In this document: positions 1 to 9,759 of the stretch, one piece after another
How positions within the stretch are numbered: the stretch's first letter is position 1
Layout: each line of letters begins with the position of its first letter
Origin: Flavobacteriales bacterium
GTDB lineage: Bacteria > Bacteroidota > Bacteroidia > Flavobacteriales_F > PHOS-HE28
Assembly (NCBI GenBank): GCA_016721005.1
Contig: JADKJM010000016.1
Span: 276,053 to 340,052 of the forward strand
Length of the DNA: 64,000 bases
Direction: 5' to 3'
Program-made: the position numbers and the translations under genes
The notes under the pieces: generated by a model
Told to the model about the DNA's origin: nothing
Database searches by the model: none
Seen by the model: only the letters and a program-made list of their open reading frames with translations

Positions 1-279
1 CATGCACATCCGCGTGGCACGCAATGCAATCCGAGGCGGGCTTCACATCGAAGCGGATCGATGTGTGGCATGACCTGCAGTCGATGCGCGCATGCACCCC
101 GATCAACGGCATAGCGGTGCTGTCATGGCTGAAGCCCAGCGGGTCCTTCATCGCCGTCCAACTATCCGGAAGGTGACAAGCGGAGCAATCGATCTTGAAC
201 GCTTCACCGTGCGGTGATTGAGCGCTCATCTTCAGCACCAGTAAAACGACCCCGAGGAACACGCTCCACCGGGGCATCC
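1..279 (-). CDS. multiheme cytochrome c family protein, N-terminal part (gene continues beyond window start)
   Basis: Reverse strand reads MPRWSVFLGVVLLVLKMSAQSPHGEAFKIDCSACH...CRSCH...CIACH. This is a hydrophobic signal/TM segment followed by three CxxCH heme motifs. The frame stays open to position 1. Confidence 0.5.
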
Positions 280-629
280 TTCGGTAACAGGCCGGTTCGC
301 TTCGATGGTTCTCCATCACTCGTTAATGGGTGCCGTTCGGGTGGCAGTTATAGCACGCGTTGCTGGTCGACCCTGCTGCTGACCATGGAATGCAGGCCAT
401 GGTCCAAGGTAAGTATCCGAGGGCGCCGTGTCGAGCATGGGATTGGACGAAACGGGTTCGGATCGACGCAGCGGATGGTCCGGCATGTTGAACCATGGCC
501 GTCGGCGGGTACGCGGATGCAACCCTGGAATGGCACTGGCGGCTCAGCGGCTCCGTCAAGAGCAGGTGGGTGGTGAAGATCCCGGGGATCGTGCGGACGA
601 TCGCACGCTCGCAAGGATCAGGAGCACGA

Positions 630-2216
630 CTATTTGTGACAGTCCGCGCATGCGAAACGTTCGATCTTGAAGGAAGCGACCTTCCCATCACCAGCCACCT
701 TGTGGCACTCTTTGCAATCCACTTTCGCGTGCTCGCCCACCAACGGGAACTTCGTGAGGTCATGGTCAAAGAGCTTCGGGAACCAATCGTCGGCCACGTG
801 GCAGCGCGTGCAATCGGTCACGCCGTTCACCACGAGATCATCGCCATGCACGTTGTCGTGGCAATCCGTGCAGTTGGTGCCGATGTTCCGGAAGGTCCAC
901 TTCTTCGTGTCCTTCATGTGGCAGGCGAAACACGGCGTGGCCTGGTGCGCGCCTAGTAGCGGGAAGGGGGTCTTCTTGTGCTCCTCGATCGCGAACATGC
1001 TCACATCGAAACCGTCGGTGAGGAAGTGGCATTCCACGCAATCCGGTGATACGCCGTTCTTCGCGAACTGTCCTTCGTGATAGTCCTCGTGACAGCGAGC
1101 GCAGGCGTCGAAGACGAGCGGATCGGTGTACGCATCCTTGTGGCACTTCTTGCAATCCACACCCACGTGCTTGCCCTGCAAGGGGAAGTCCGTGAGCGCG
1201 TGATCGAAGCCGTCCATGTCCTTCAATTTCTTGAACCCGGTCTCCTGGTGGCACTGCGCGCAATCGGTTCCGAACTTCCCTTCATGCTGATCCGTGTGGC
1301 AGGTCACGCATTGGTCCATCCGCACGCCCACACGATCCTGAAAAACGGTCGCCGGGTCGTTCGATCGCTTGTGGCAGGTGAAGCAGTCCACGCCCTTGTG
1401 CTTCCCGTTCAACTTGAAGGGCGTGATGTTGTGGTCGAAGCGATGCAGACCGGACAACTGGCTGAAGGCCTCGTCCACGTGGCATTGCGTGCAGGCGTTC
1501 GTGAAATGCGCCTTGTGCGGATCAGTGTGACAGGTCTTGCAGTCGGCATGCGGCACGTCGGCGAATTGCTGGAAGGCGGCGCCCTTCCGCGTGGTCTGCT
1601 TGTGGCACTTGATGCAATCCACGTTCACGTGCCCGCCGCGCAGTTTGAATTCCGCGCGGTCATGGTCGAAACGGCTGGCGGGTTTCCAATCCGTCATCGT
1701 GTGGCAATCCATGCACTCCTTCGCTAGCGTGCCTTGGTGCTGGTCCTTGTGGCACGACAAGCACGCGCGGTCCATTCCCATGAAGGTCTTCTCCCGGTAC
1801 TTCGCACGCTTGTCGGTGATGTGCTCCGGCGCATGGCACTTGCGGCAATCCACGGTCTTGTGCGCACCTTCCAACGGATAGCCCGTTAGCGCATGATCGA
1901 ATCCTTTCTCCTCGAAGCGCACCATCTCGAATTTCCTACCGTGGTGCTCGCTGTGGCAGGTGAAACAATCCTTGCCCTTCACCTCACGGCTCACATGGTA
2001 TCCACGCTTCTGCGTGATCAGGCTTTGCAATTCCTTGTGGCACGCGAGGCACTTCGCGTTCGTCACCTTGTTGCCCAGATCGTGGCATTGCGTGCAATTG
2101 CTCAAGCCTTCCAAATTCGCATGTGCCGTGGTCAGGTCGCCCGGAGAGAGCTGCGCAAGACCCCTCACTGCCGATGTCATCAGCAACACGATGAGGTATG
2201 TGCGCAAGCTTTTCAC
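630..2216 (-). CDS. 20-heme c-type cytochrome (doubled-CXXCH / cytochrome c7-like modules), secreted
   Basis: 528-aa ORF with signal peptide MKSLRTYLIVLLMTSAVRGLAQ and 20 CxxCH motifs. They are arranged as repeated FDHxxTxFPLxGxHxxVDCxxCH modules. The 5' end overlaps the upstream gene by 4 bp. Confidence 0.8.
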   Translation of the reverse strand: MKSLRTYLIVLLMTSAVRGLAQLSPGDLTTAHANLEGLSNCTQCHDLGNKVTNAKCLACHKELQSLITQKRGYHVSREVKGKDCFTCHSEHHGRKFEMVRFEEKGFDHALTGYPLEGAHKTVDCRKCHAPEHITDKRAKYREKTFMGMDRACLSCHKDQHQGTLAKECMDCHTMTDWKPASRFDHDRAEFKLRGGHVNVDCIKCHKQTTRKGAAFQQFADVPHADCKTCHTDPHKAHFTNACTQCHVDEAFSQLSGLHRFDHNITPFKLNGKHKGVDCFTCHKRSNDPATVFQDRVGVRMDQCVTCHTDQHEGKFGTDCAQCHQETGFKKLKDMDGFDHALTDFPLQGKHVGVDCKKCHKDAYTDPLVFDACARCHEDYHEGQFAKNGVSPDCVECHFLTDGFDVSMFAIEEHKKTPFPLLGAHQATPCFACHMKDTKKWTFRNIGTNCTDCHDNVHGDDLVVNGVTDCTRCHVADDWFPKLFDHDLTKFPLVGEHAKVDCKECHKVAGDGKVASFKIERFACADCHK

Positions 2217-3556
2217 TTGTGCTTCTTGACGATGTGCCCGAAGCGCTTGGTGATCTCGATGCCCACCTTGGCCAGGAATCCATTCGGGAGCTCGCCACCT
2301 GCGCAGATGTACACCAGGTCGTTCGGCATCTGCCGTGTTTCATCTCCGACCTTGACCAACACGGAATCCTCCGCAATGGACACCACTCCCGACTTGAAAA
2401 GCAGCTTGAGCTTGCCGGACTCATTGGCCGCTGTGGCCAGTTCCTTGTTCTTCGGCTTGCACCGCGGGAACACCTCATCCCGAATGCAGATGGAGACCTC
2501 GTTCTGATCCATCAGCATCATACCGTACTCAAGGCCGGAATCGCCACCGCCCACCACGATCACCTTCTTGCCGGTGATGTTCTCAGGCTCGAGCAGGCGG
2601 TAGGCCACCTTGGGCAGGTCCTCGCCAGGTACGTGCAGCTTGCGTGGGCTGCCCCGCCGCCCGATGGCCAGCAGCACGTTGTGACTGACGAACTCCTCGT
2701 TGGTATTCGTGGATACCTTGAACGTGCCATCCTTCTGCGGAATGATCGCTTCCACTTTCGTGCGCTCGTTGATCTTGATGCCATGCTCCTTGATCACCGT
2801 ATTCCAGAGCGTGAGGAGTTCACCCTTGGATGTGTCGTACAACTTGGCCTTGCCATGAAGCGGGAGGTCCATGGGCGAGGTCATCACGATCTTGGAGCGC
2901 GGGAACGTGAACACGGTGCCTCCGAGCGAGTCCTGTTCCAACGTGACGCTTGTCAGGTTGTGCTTCTTTGCTTCCAGCGTGGCGGAGATCCCCGCGGGGC
3001 CAGCACCCACGATCACAACGTCCAGAACGCCCTCGCGCTTCTCCCTGCGCGTGCCCATGATGTTGTCCATCGCTTGCTGGCCTTGCTCCACGCTGTTCTT
3101 GATCAAGCCCATGCCACCCAATTCACCGGCGATGTAGATGCCCTTGATGTTCGTCTCGAAATTCTGGTTGACATGTGGGAGCTCAACGCCTCGGGTCTCC
3201 GTGCCGATCCGCAACGAGATCGCTTCTACAGGACAGGCATGAAAGCAGGCGCCGTGGCCCACGCAATTGGTGGCATGGATCACGGTAGCCTTGCCATCGA
3301 TGATGCCCAGGATGTCCTTCTCCGGGCACTCCGCCACGCACGCCGCACTGCCGATGCACGTGTTCAGGTCGATGAACGGATGGAGCGAAACGGGTTCGAA
3401 GGTGCCCTCGGCCTTCGCCACCTCCACCTTCTTCACGACGATCGCCGACTTCTTGCTCAGGCTGCGCATGTAGAAGAAGATCACCAGCCCGCAGAGAAGG
3501 ATCACGGATCCGTAAATCGCGATCTGTTCGATGAGCACTTCCATCAGAAGATCCAC
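2213..3556 (-). CDS. membrane-anchored 4Fe-4S ferredoxin-domain + FAD/NAD(P)-binding (thioredoxin-reductase-like) oxidoreductase
   Basis: 447 aa with an N-terminal TM helix. It has two C-x2-C-x2-C-x3-CP motifs (CIGSAACVAECP, CVGHGACFHACP), then dinucleotide-binding motifs VVIVGAGPAGISA and VIVVGGGDSGLEYG. It overlaps the upstream membrane-protein gene by 13 bp. Confidence 0.8.
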   Translation of the reverse strand: MDLLMEVLIEQIAIYGSVILLCGLVIFFYMRSLSKKSAIVVKKVEVAKAEGTFEPVSLHPFIDLNTCIGSAACVAECPEKDILGIIDGKATVIHATNCVGHGACFHACPVEAISLRIGTETRGVELPHVNQNFETNIKGIYIAGELGGMGLIKNSVEQGQQAMDNIMGTRREKREGVLDVVIVGAGPAGISATLEAKKHNLTSVTLEQDSLGGTVFTFPRSKIVMTSPMDLPLHGKAKLYDTSKGELLTLWNTVIKEHGIKINERTKVEAIIPQKDGTFKVSTNTNEEFVSHNVLLAIGRRGSPRKLHVPGEDLPKVAYRLLEPENITGKKVIVVGGGDSGLEYGMMLMDQNEVSICIRDEVFPRCKPKNKELATAANESGKLKLLFKSGVVSIAEDSVLVKVGDETRQMPNDLVYICAGGELPNGFLAKVGIEITKRFGHIVKKHK

Positions 3557-4404
3557 TTGTATCCGAAGGCCAGCGTAACGGCCACGTGGATGATGAGCAC
3601 GATGAGCATGATCAGCGCGAATGGCAGGTGTGCCACATGCCAGTACTTGAACAATTTCTGCATGGTCAGCAAGCGCCCGATGCGGCGCGACAGTGCGAAT
3701 TCCTCCTTCACCATCCTGATGATCGACACCTGCTCGTTTCGCGCAACGTTCCGTTGCTTCAGTGAACTTCGAATGGCGTTGATCGCTTTCCGCTCACGCA
3801 ATTGCTTCGCGAAGAAATTCGGACCCATCACGGTAATCCCATCGGGTTCATCCACGCCGGTGATGAACGCGATCAACTTCTCATCCAGACCAGCGCTGTG
3901 CTTCAAGGTCTCCACCAGGCCGGAGCGCAAACCCTTCACCTCGTTCAACGTGAGCTCGCGGCCTTCGATGCTCCTCGGGATCTGGATATAGATGAAGCGA
4001 CCGATGATACCGCTGGCCACCACCGCCACCATGCTCCAGAACGCCACCGAGACCAAGCCACCGAACTTGAACGCCGTGTGGAAGAGGATCAGGATCGGGC
4101 CGAGCATGCACAGGAAGATGTGGAACTCGAGCAGGTACTTCAGCCGGAGCTGCTTCGCCATGAAATTGTACCGCTTGCGTGCGATGTAGATCGCCACACC
4201 GAAGAGGATGAGAAAGGTGCCCAGGATGCCCAGCCCGTGCCCGAAGGCGCCGCTCGGTTTGAACCATGCGTGGCGCGGATGGTAGAAGCGCTCTTCCAGC
4301 GGAAGGTCGTAATAAGACCACCCCGTATAGGCCAGGTATGCGGTCACCACGACAGTGATCACGACCATGGAGCCGACAAAAACGGCGTGCGTGGTCCGGG
4401 TCAT
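3544..4404 (-). CDS. polytopic membrane protein with His-rich TM helices (candidate b-heme binding), function unknown
   Basis: Five predicted TM helices with His residues inside them (FHIFLCMLGPILILFHTAF; WHVAHLPFALIMLIVLIIHVAV). The start is chosen at MTRTTHAVFVG; the upstream extension to 4536 looks non-protein-like. It is first in a co-directional overlapping four-gene cluster. Confidence 0.5.
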   Translation of the reverse strand: MTRTTHAVFVGSMVVITVVVTAYLAYTGWSYYDLPLEERFYHPRHAWFKPSGAFGHGLGILGTFLILFGVAIYIARKRYNFMAKQLRLKYLLEFHIFLCMLGPILILFHTAFKFGGLVSVAFWSMVAVVASGIIGRFIYIQIPRSIEGRELTLNEVKGLRSGLVETLKHSAGLDEKLIAFITGVDEPDGITVMGPNFFAKQLRERKAINAIRSSLKQRNVARNEQVSIIRMVKEEFALSRRIGRLLTMQKLFKYWHVAHLPFALIMLIVLIIHVAVTLAFGYKWIF

Positions 4405-4806
4405 CGCTTCCTTGGTTCGCAGGTGGCGTTCTCCACGGATCCGGATCGTAAGGTGTGCATGGCTTTGCCCTCTAAGGTCGGGCACTGCGCGCGATGGATC
4501 CATGACATTTAGCCGAGGCGGGGCGGATCCGGCCATGAGACGGACGATGCCTACCGACGAGACCCACGTCCTTCAAGGGTTTCCGGGCCGTTGCAGCTTG
4601 AGGGAACACGGCTTGGAATTGTGAACAGCACCCGGTTCAGATCGACGGATCCGGGTCGAACGTGATCTGATCCAGACGGTCAGCGGGTGCGGAATGACTG
4701 AATGGTACTTCGTGGAACAGCGCTTGAAGATCGATCACAACCTAGAAGGATCTCCCCCGGACCCTTGCCGCCGATGGTCCCGCCGGCGACCCGCCGGTGG
4801 CCCTCC

Positions 4807-5427
4807 TCAAACCAGGACATGTTCCTCGACATACGCCCCTTGCGCTTCATGCGCACGAATGTACCTCTCGAATTTCACCAGCGAGGCTTCGCTGCGAACG
4901 ATGTGATCGAAGCTCTCCGCCTTCCATAGTGTTCCTGTTCTACCGAGAACCTTGTTGATCGACTTGGCTGTGTACGATTTCCATGTATGCGTGATCGTGG
5001 AAAGGTCCACGCCCACTAGCGGTACAACGAGTACATGCACATGGTTCCCTGCCACGGCAAATGTTCCCAAACGATACCGTGGTCCGTCGAAATAGTGAAG
5101 TGCCACGATCATTTCCTCCCTTGGAATCGGCTGTCGTAGCACGCATGAACCGGCACCCGCATCCAACCAGCGCTCCACGCGTTCATGGAAGAGACGGTAG
5201 TACTCACGGCGCTGCGAAGGATCGAGCGTACGAACATCCTTGTCCCCATGCCGCGCCCGCCATGCCTTGCGGTCGCGCTCAAGTTCCCGGAGCTTCACCT
5301 GCGGCAGGCTATCGGCTAAACGCCACGTTACGAAATGGACCTTGCCTTCTTGTTTCCAGTGCGGACGATTCCGGCGAGTAATCTCCAGTTCTTCATGCTC
5401 ATTGAAGAAGAGGTTCTCCGTGTCCAT
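4807..5427 (-). CDS. IS200-like Y1 transposase / REP-associated tyrosine transposase (RAYT)
   Basis: Carries the HVHVLV (HuH) motif and the catalytic Tyr context TWKSYTAKSINK. There are the REP-like hairpin and tandem repeats immediately 5' of it. The start is taken at MDTENLFF; the ORF track extension into the repeat array is unlikely to be coding. Confidence 0.7.
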   Translation of the reverse strand: MDTENLFFNEHEELEITRRNRPHWKQEGKVHFVTWRLADSLPQVKLRELERDRKAWRARHGDKDVRTLDPSQRREYYRLFHERVERWLDAGAGSCVLRQPIPREEMIVALHYFDGPRYRLGTFAVAGNHVHVLVVPLVGVDLSTITHTWKSYTAKSINKVLGRTGTLWKAESFDHIVRSEASLVKFERYIRAHEAQGAYVEEHVLV

Positions 5428-5483
5428 TGGAATACGAACGTACAAGGCATTCGCCACAGCACAAGCGAGGTGGGCGATAAGAT

Positions 5484-5616
5484 CAACAGGCGGGACGCAG
5501 CAACAACCCATCAACAGGCGGGACGCAGCAACAACCCATCAACAGGCGGGACGCAGCAACAACCCATCAACAGGCGGGACGCAGCAACAACCCATCAACA
5601 GGCGGGACGCCTGTTG
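5484..5616. repeat. 4 x 28-bp tandem repeat (caacaggcgggacgcagcaacaacccat) ending in a perfect palindrome caacaggcg-gga-cgcctgttg (REP-like hairpin)
   Basis: Read directly from the sequence. Four identical 28-bp units span 5484-5595. A fifth, truncated unit converts into a 9-bp-stem hairpin at 5596-5616. The element sits between the RAYT start and the sucB stop. Confidence 0.85.
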
Positions 5617-5620
5617 GACC

Positions 5621-6850
5621 TTAAAGCCCCAACAACACCTCTCCCGGATCCTTCCCGCCGAAGACCATCGTCTTGGGATCCTCGATCATCTGCTTCACGG
5701 CCATGAGGAAGCTCACGCTCTCCTTGCCGTCGATGACGCGGTGGTCGTAGCTCAGCGCCACGAACATGATCGGTCGGATGACGACCTGTCCGTTCAAGGC
5801 AACAGGGCGCTCCACGATGTTGTGCATACCCAGGATCGCGCTCTGCGGCGGGTTGAGGATCGGCGTGCTGAGCATGCTCCCGAACACACCGCCGTTGGTG
5901 ATGGTGAATGTGCCGCCGGTCATCTCGTCGATGCTGAGTTTGCCATCACGTGCTTTCACGGCCAGTTCCTTGATCGTGCTTTCGATCTGTGCGAGGCTCA
6001 TGCGCTCCGCGTTGCGGATCACCGGGACCATGAGGCCCTTGGGTGAACTCACCGCGATGCCGATATCGGCGTAGTCGTGCATGATCATCTCCTCTCCATC
6101 GATGTGCGCGTTCACGGTGGGGAACTGCCGCAGCGCTTCGGTAACGGCCTTGGTGAAGAAGCTCATGAAGCCGAGACCGATGCCCTTCTGCTCCTTGAAC
6201 TTGTCCTTGTACTTGTTGCGCAGGTCCATCACCGCGCTCATGTCCACCTCGTTGAAGGTGGTGAGCATGGCGGTCTGGTTCTTCGCCATCACGAGCCGCT
6301 CGGCGACCTTCTTCCGCAGCGTGCTCATCTTCTGCCGACTCTGGTCGCGCTTGCCGCCCCAGCCGCTCATCACCACGGCACCGGCATCCACGCCACCAGC
6401 GACGTATGCCGCCACATCGCTCTTGGTGATGCGACCGTTCGGGCCGCTGCCCTTGAGGGTATTCGCGGCGATCCCTTTCTCCTCCATCATCTTCTGCGCC
6501 ACCGGTGTTGCGTGGGATGAACCAGAGGCAGGAGCAGGCGCCGGAGCAACACTTGCGGTTGCCTTCTTTGCCTCCTGCACCTGCTCCTGCCCCTTCTTGA
6601 CCACGGGCGCAACGCTCGTATCGATCCTCACCACCACATCGCCGACGTTCACGGTCTGGTCCTCCTTCGCCAGCAACTTCACTTGGCCTGCTACTTCGGC
6701 GCTGAGCTCCAGTGTGGCCTTGTCGCTATCGATCTCGCCGAGCACCTGGTCCTTGTTCACCACGTCGCCATCCTTCACAAGCCAACGCGCAATACGCACT
6801 TCGCTGATGCTCTCGCCGGGACTGGGGACTTTGATGTCGATCGTGGCCAT
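5621..6850 (-). CDS. sucB: 2-oxoglutarate dehydrogenase E2 (dihydrolipoyllysine-residue succinyltransferase)
   Basis: N-terminal lipoyl domain ([29 protein letters not shown], with the lipoyl-lysine context), an Ala/Pro linker, and a C-terminal catalytic domain with SYDHRVIDG. Confidence 0.9.
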   Translation of the reverse strand: MATIDIKVPSPGESISEVRIARWLVKDGDVVNKDQVLGEIDSDKATLELSAEVAGQVKLLAKEDQTVNVGDVVVRIDTSVAPVVKKGQEQVQEAKKATASVAPAPAPASGSSHATPVAQKMMEEKGIAANTLKGSGPNGRITKSDVAAYVAGGVDAGAVVMSGWGGKRDQSRQKMSTLRKKVAERLVMAKNQTAMLTTFNEVDMSAVMDLRNKYKDKFKEQKGIGLGFMSFFTKAVTEALRQFPTVNAHIDGEEMIMHDYADIGIAVSSPKGLMVPVIRNAERMSLAQIESTIKELAVKARDGKLSIDEMTGGTFTITNGGVFGSMLSTPILNPPQSAILGMHNIVERPVALNGQVVIRPIMFVALSYDHRVIDGKESVSFLMAVKQMIEDPKTMVFGGKDPGEVLLGL

Positions 6851-6880
6851 GCTCTGGTGTCGGTTGACGGTTGTTCGTTA

Positions 6881-9658
6881 TCAGGCTTTCGCTTTCACCT
6901 TGGTGGTGGACTTCGCGAAGGCTTTCTCGATGATGTCCGATTGCTGTTTCGCGCTCCGTTTGCTACTGCCGGTGGCGGGCGCGCCGCTGGCGGGCCGTGC
7001 GATCACTTCCCACTTCACCTCATTGAAGTGCATCGCCATGTAGCTCCACGCGCCCATGTTCAGTGGCTCTTCCTGTACCCAGAGGAAGCGCTCCGCCTTC
7101 GCGTACTTCTTGATCACCGCGCGCATCTGTTCAGCCGGTAGCGGATGCAGTTGTTCGAGACGAACCAAGGCGGTGTCCGTGATGTTGCTCTTCTCGCGAT
7201 GATCGAGCAGATCGTAGTGGATCTTGCCTTGGGTGAAGATCACGGTCCTCACCTTCTTCGCATCGGCTGAGGCATCATCAATCAATTCCTGGAAGCCACC
7301 CTTCGTGAGATCGTCCAACGGGCTCACACAACGCGGGTGCCGCAGCAGGCTCTTCGGCGTGAAGACGATCAGCGGCTTGCGGAATTCCCACGCGAGTTGG
7401 CGACGCAAGGCGTGGAAGAAGTTCGCGGGCGTGGTGCAATTCACCACCACCATGTTAGCCTCGGCGCAACTTTGCAGGAAGCGTTCCATGCGACCGCTGC
7501 TGTGTTCGGCGCCTTGACCTTCGTAGCCGTGCGGTAGCAGCAGCACGATGCCGTTCTGCGTATTCCACTTCTCCTCGGCGCAGCAGAGGTATTGATCCAG
7601 GACGATCTGTGCACCGTTGACGAAATCGCCGAACTGCGCTTCCCAGATGGTGAGCACTTCCGGGTTCGTGAGCGCGTAGCCGTACTCGAACCCGAGCACC
7701 GCGTATTCGCTCAGGAGCGAATTGTAGATCTGCAATAAGGCTTGCCCTTCCTGGATGTGCTTGAGGTGGATGAACTCCTCCTCGCTGTCCTCCATGCGCA
7801 CCACAGCGTGGCGGTGACTGAAGGTGCCGCGCTCCACATCCTGTCCGGTGAAGCGCACAGGGTGCCCGTCCACGAGCAACGAACCGTACGCAAGCAATTC
7901 GGCCATGCCCCAATCGAGGCTCTCCTTGGCCATCATCTCCTTGCGGTCGTTCAGGATCTTCTCCAGTTTGCTGAAGAACTTCTTGCCCTCGGGGATCGCC
8001 GTCAACTTCTCGCCGATCATCTTCAGTGTCGCCTTCTTCACCCCTGTGACCGGCGACTGCGCGAAATCCTTCGCCCCTGCGCGCTTGAAGCCTTGCCAGC
8101 GCTCAGCCATGAAGTTGGTGATCTTCCCCACGCGCACCTGCTTGGCCTCGTTCAAGCGATCGTCGAGCATCGCGCTGAAGGAGGTTTCCATCTCCTCCGC
8201 CATTTCGCGCGCGCCTTCCACACCGCTATCGATCAATTTCTGCGTGTAGATCTCCCGTGGATCGGCATGCGCCGCGATCGCCTTGTACAATGTGGGTTGC
8301 GTGAACTTCGGTTCGTCGCCCTCGTTGTGGCCGTGCTTGCGGTAGCAGAGGATGTCCACCCACACGTCCTTGCCGGACATCTGGCGGTAGTCCATCGCCA
8401 ACTTCACCGTGTAGGCCACGGCCTCGGCATCATCGCCGTTCACATGGAATACCGGGCATTGCGTGGTCTTGGCGACGTCGGTGCAATAGGTGCTCGTGCG
8501 TGCGTCGATGTAATTGGTGGTGAAGCCGACCTGATTGTTCACCACGATGTGGATCGTGCCGCCGATCTCGTAGGCTTTCAAGCCTGCCATCTGCACCACT
8601 TCATACACCACACCTTGCCCGGCCACGGCCGCGTCACCATGGATGAGGATCGGTGCGGTGATGCCCAGCGCGAAATTGTCGTCATGCTCGATGATCGCAC
8701 GGCTGATCCCTTGCATCACCGGCCCCACGGTCTCCAAGTGACTCGGATTCGGTGCGAGGGTCAATCGCACTTCCTTGCCCGTGTTGGTGGTGATCAGGCT
8801 GCTGTAGCCCATGTGGTATTTCACATCACCTTCCACCAGGGCGTCGTCGTAGTCCTTGCCCTCGAACTCGCTGAAGATGGTGTCGTAGCTCTTGCGCATG
8901 GTGTTGGCCAACACATTCAAACGACCGCGATGCGCCATGCCGATCACATACTCGGAGATGCCCAGCTCCGCACCGTGCTCGATCACCGTGTCCAATGCAG
9001 GGATCAGCGCTTCGGCACCTTCGATGCTGAAGCGCTTCTGGCCGATGAACTTCTTGCCGAGGAAACGCTCGAAGACCACTGCCTCGTTCAGCTTCTCCAG
9101 GATGTCCTTCTTCTGCTCGATGGTGAAGTCCGGTTGGTTGCGCGTGCCTTCCATGCGATCGAGCAGCCAACGGCGTCTCTCCAAACTGCGGATGAACATG
9201 AACTCCACGCCGATGCTCTTGCAATAGGTCTGCTCAAGCAGGGCCACGATGTCGCGCAGTTTCGCAGCACCGATGCCCACCTCGTTCCCTGCTGTGAACA
9301 CGGTGTCGAGGTCCGCATCACCGAGTTTGTGGTTCTCCAGGGCGAGCGTGGGCGTGTACTTGCGCCGATCGCGTACAGGGTTCGTATCGGTGAAGAGGTG
9401 GCCGCGCTGGCGGTACGCATTGATCAGTTCGATGACCCGGAATTCCTTCTCGAAGCGTTCGTTCCCTGCCGAAGGTGGTGCAGTGGGCGCTGATCCCAAG
9501 GTCGCTTCACCATCGCCATCCAACGACTTGGCGAATTCGAATCCTTCGAAGAAGCGCGCCCAGCCCGTTTCCACACTGGCGGGGTCCTTCTGGTATTGCT
9601 GGTACAGGTCGTCGAGCCAAGCGCTATCGACGTTGCTCAGGTAGGAGAACTTGTCCAT
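6881..9658 (-). CDS. sucA: 2-oxoglutarate dehydrogenase E1 component
   Basis: 925 aa beginning MDKFSYLSNVDSAWLDDLYQQYQKDP, typical of the SucA N-terminus. Contains a TPP-binding region. It lies upstream of sucB, consistent with a sucAB operon. Confidence 0.9.
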   Translation of the reverse strand: MDKFSYLSNVDSAWLDDLYQQYQKDPASVETGWARFFEGFEFAKSLDGDGEATLGSAPTAPPSAGNERFEKEFRVIELINAYRQRGHLFTDTNPVRDRRKYTPTLALENHKLGDADLDTVFTAGNEVGIGAAKLRDIVALLEQTYCKSIGVEFMFIRSLERRRWLLDRMEGTRNQPDFTIEQKKDILEKLNEAVVFERFLGKKFIGQKRFSIEGAEALIPALDTVIEHGAELGISEYVIGMAHRGRLNVLANTMRKSYDTIFSEFEGKDYDDALVEGDVKYHMGYSSLITTNTGKEVRLTLAPNPSHLETVGPVMQGISRAIIEHDDNFALGITAPILIHGDAAVAGQGVVYEVVQMAGLKAYEIGGTIHIVVNNQVGFTTNYIDARTSTYCTDVAKTTQCPVFHVNGDDAEAVAYTVKLAMDYRQMSGKDVWVDILCYRKHGHNEGDEPKFTQPTLYKAIAAHADPREIYTQKLIDSGVEGAREMAEEMETSFSAMLDDRLNEAKQVRVGKITNFMAERWQGFKRAGAKDFAQSPVTGVKKATLKMIGEKLTAIPEGKKFFSKLEKILNDRKEMMAKESLDWGMAELLAYGSLLVDGHPVRFTGQDVERGTFSHRHAVVRMEDSEEEFIHLKHIQEGQALLQIYNSLLSEYAVLGFEYGYALTNPEVLTIWEAQFGDFVNGAQIVLDQYLCCAEEKWNTQNGIVLLLPHGYEGQGAEHSSGRMERFLQSCAEANMVVVNCTTPANFFHALRRQLAWEFRKPLIVFTPKSLLRHPRCVSPLDDLTKGGFQELIDDASADAKKVRTVIFTQGKIHYDLLDHREKSNITDTALVRLEQLHPLPAEQMRAVIKKYAKAERFLWVQEEPLNMGAWSYMAMHFNEVKWEVIARPASGAPATGSSKRSAKQQSDIIEKAFAKSTTKVKAKA

Positions 9659-9759
9659 GGAGGGCAGCGAAGGTAGGATCAGGGGTGTTCACCGCAGAGG
9701 CGCAAAGGCGCTGAGAAATGCAGAGTAATGCACAATGGAATGCACAATGCGTGGCCAGT

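Noticed and set aside
2198-3991. 597-aa plus-strand ORF
   Set aside because: Antisense to the ferredoxin/FAD oxidoreductase and membrane-protein genes.
3544-4536. Upstream extension of the membrane-protein ORF to 4536 (MAGSAPPRLNVMDPSRAV...)
   Set aside because: The extension is Pro/Arg-rich and non-hydrophobic. The internal Met at 4404 precedes the first TM helix, but the true start remains uncertain.
5484-5616. Regularly spaced 28-bp direct repeats considered as a CRISPR array
   Set aside because: Units are directly abutting with no spacers, there are only four copies, and no cas genes are nearby. It is a simple tandem repeat ending in a palindrome.
7742-9493. 583-aa plus-strand ORF
   Set aside because: Antisense to sucA; the composition is Arg/His/Leu-rich junk.
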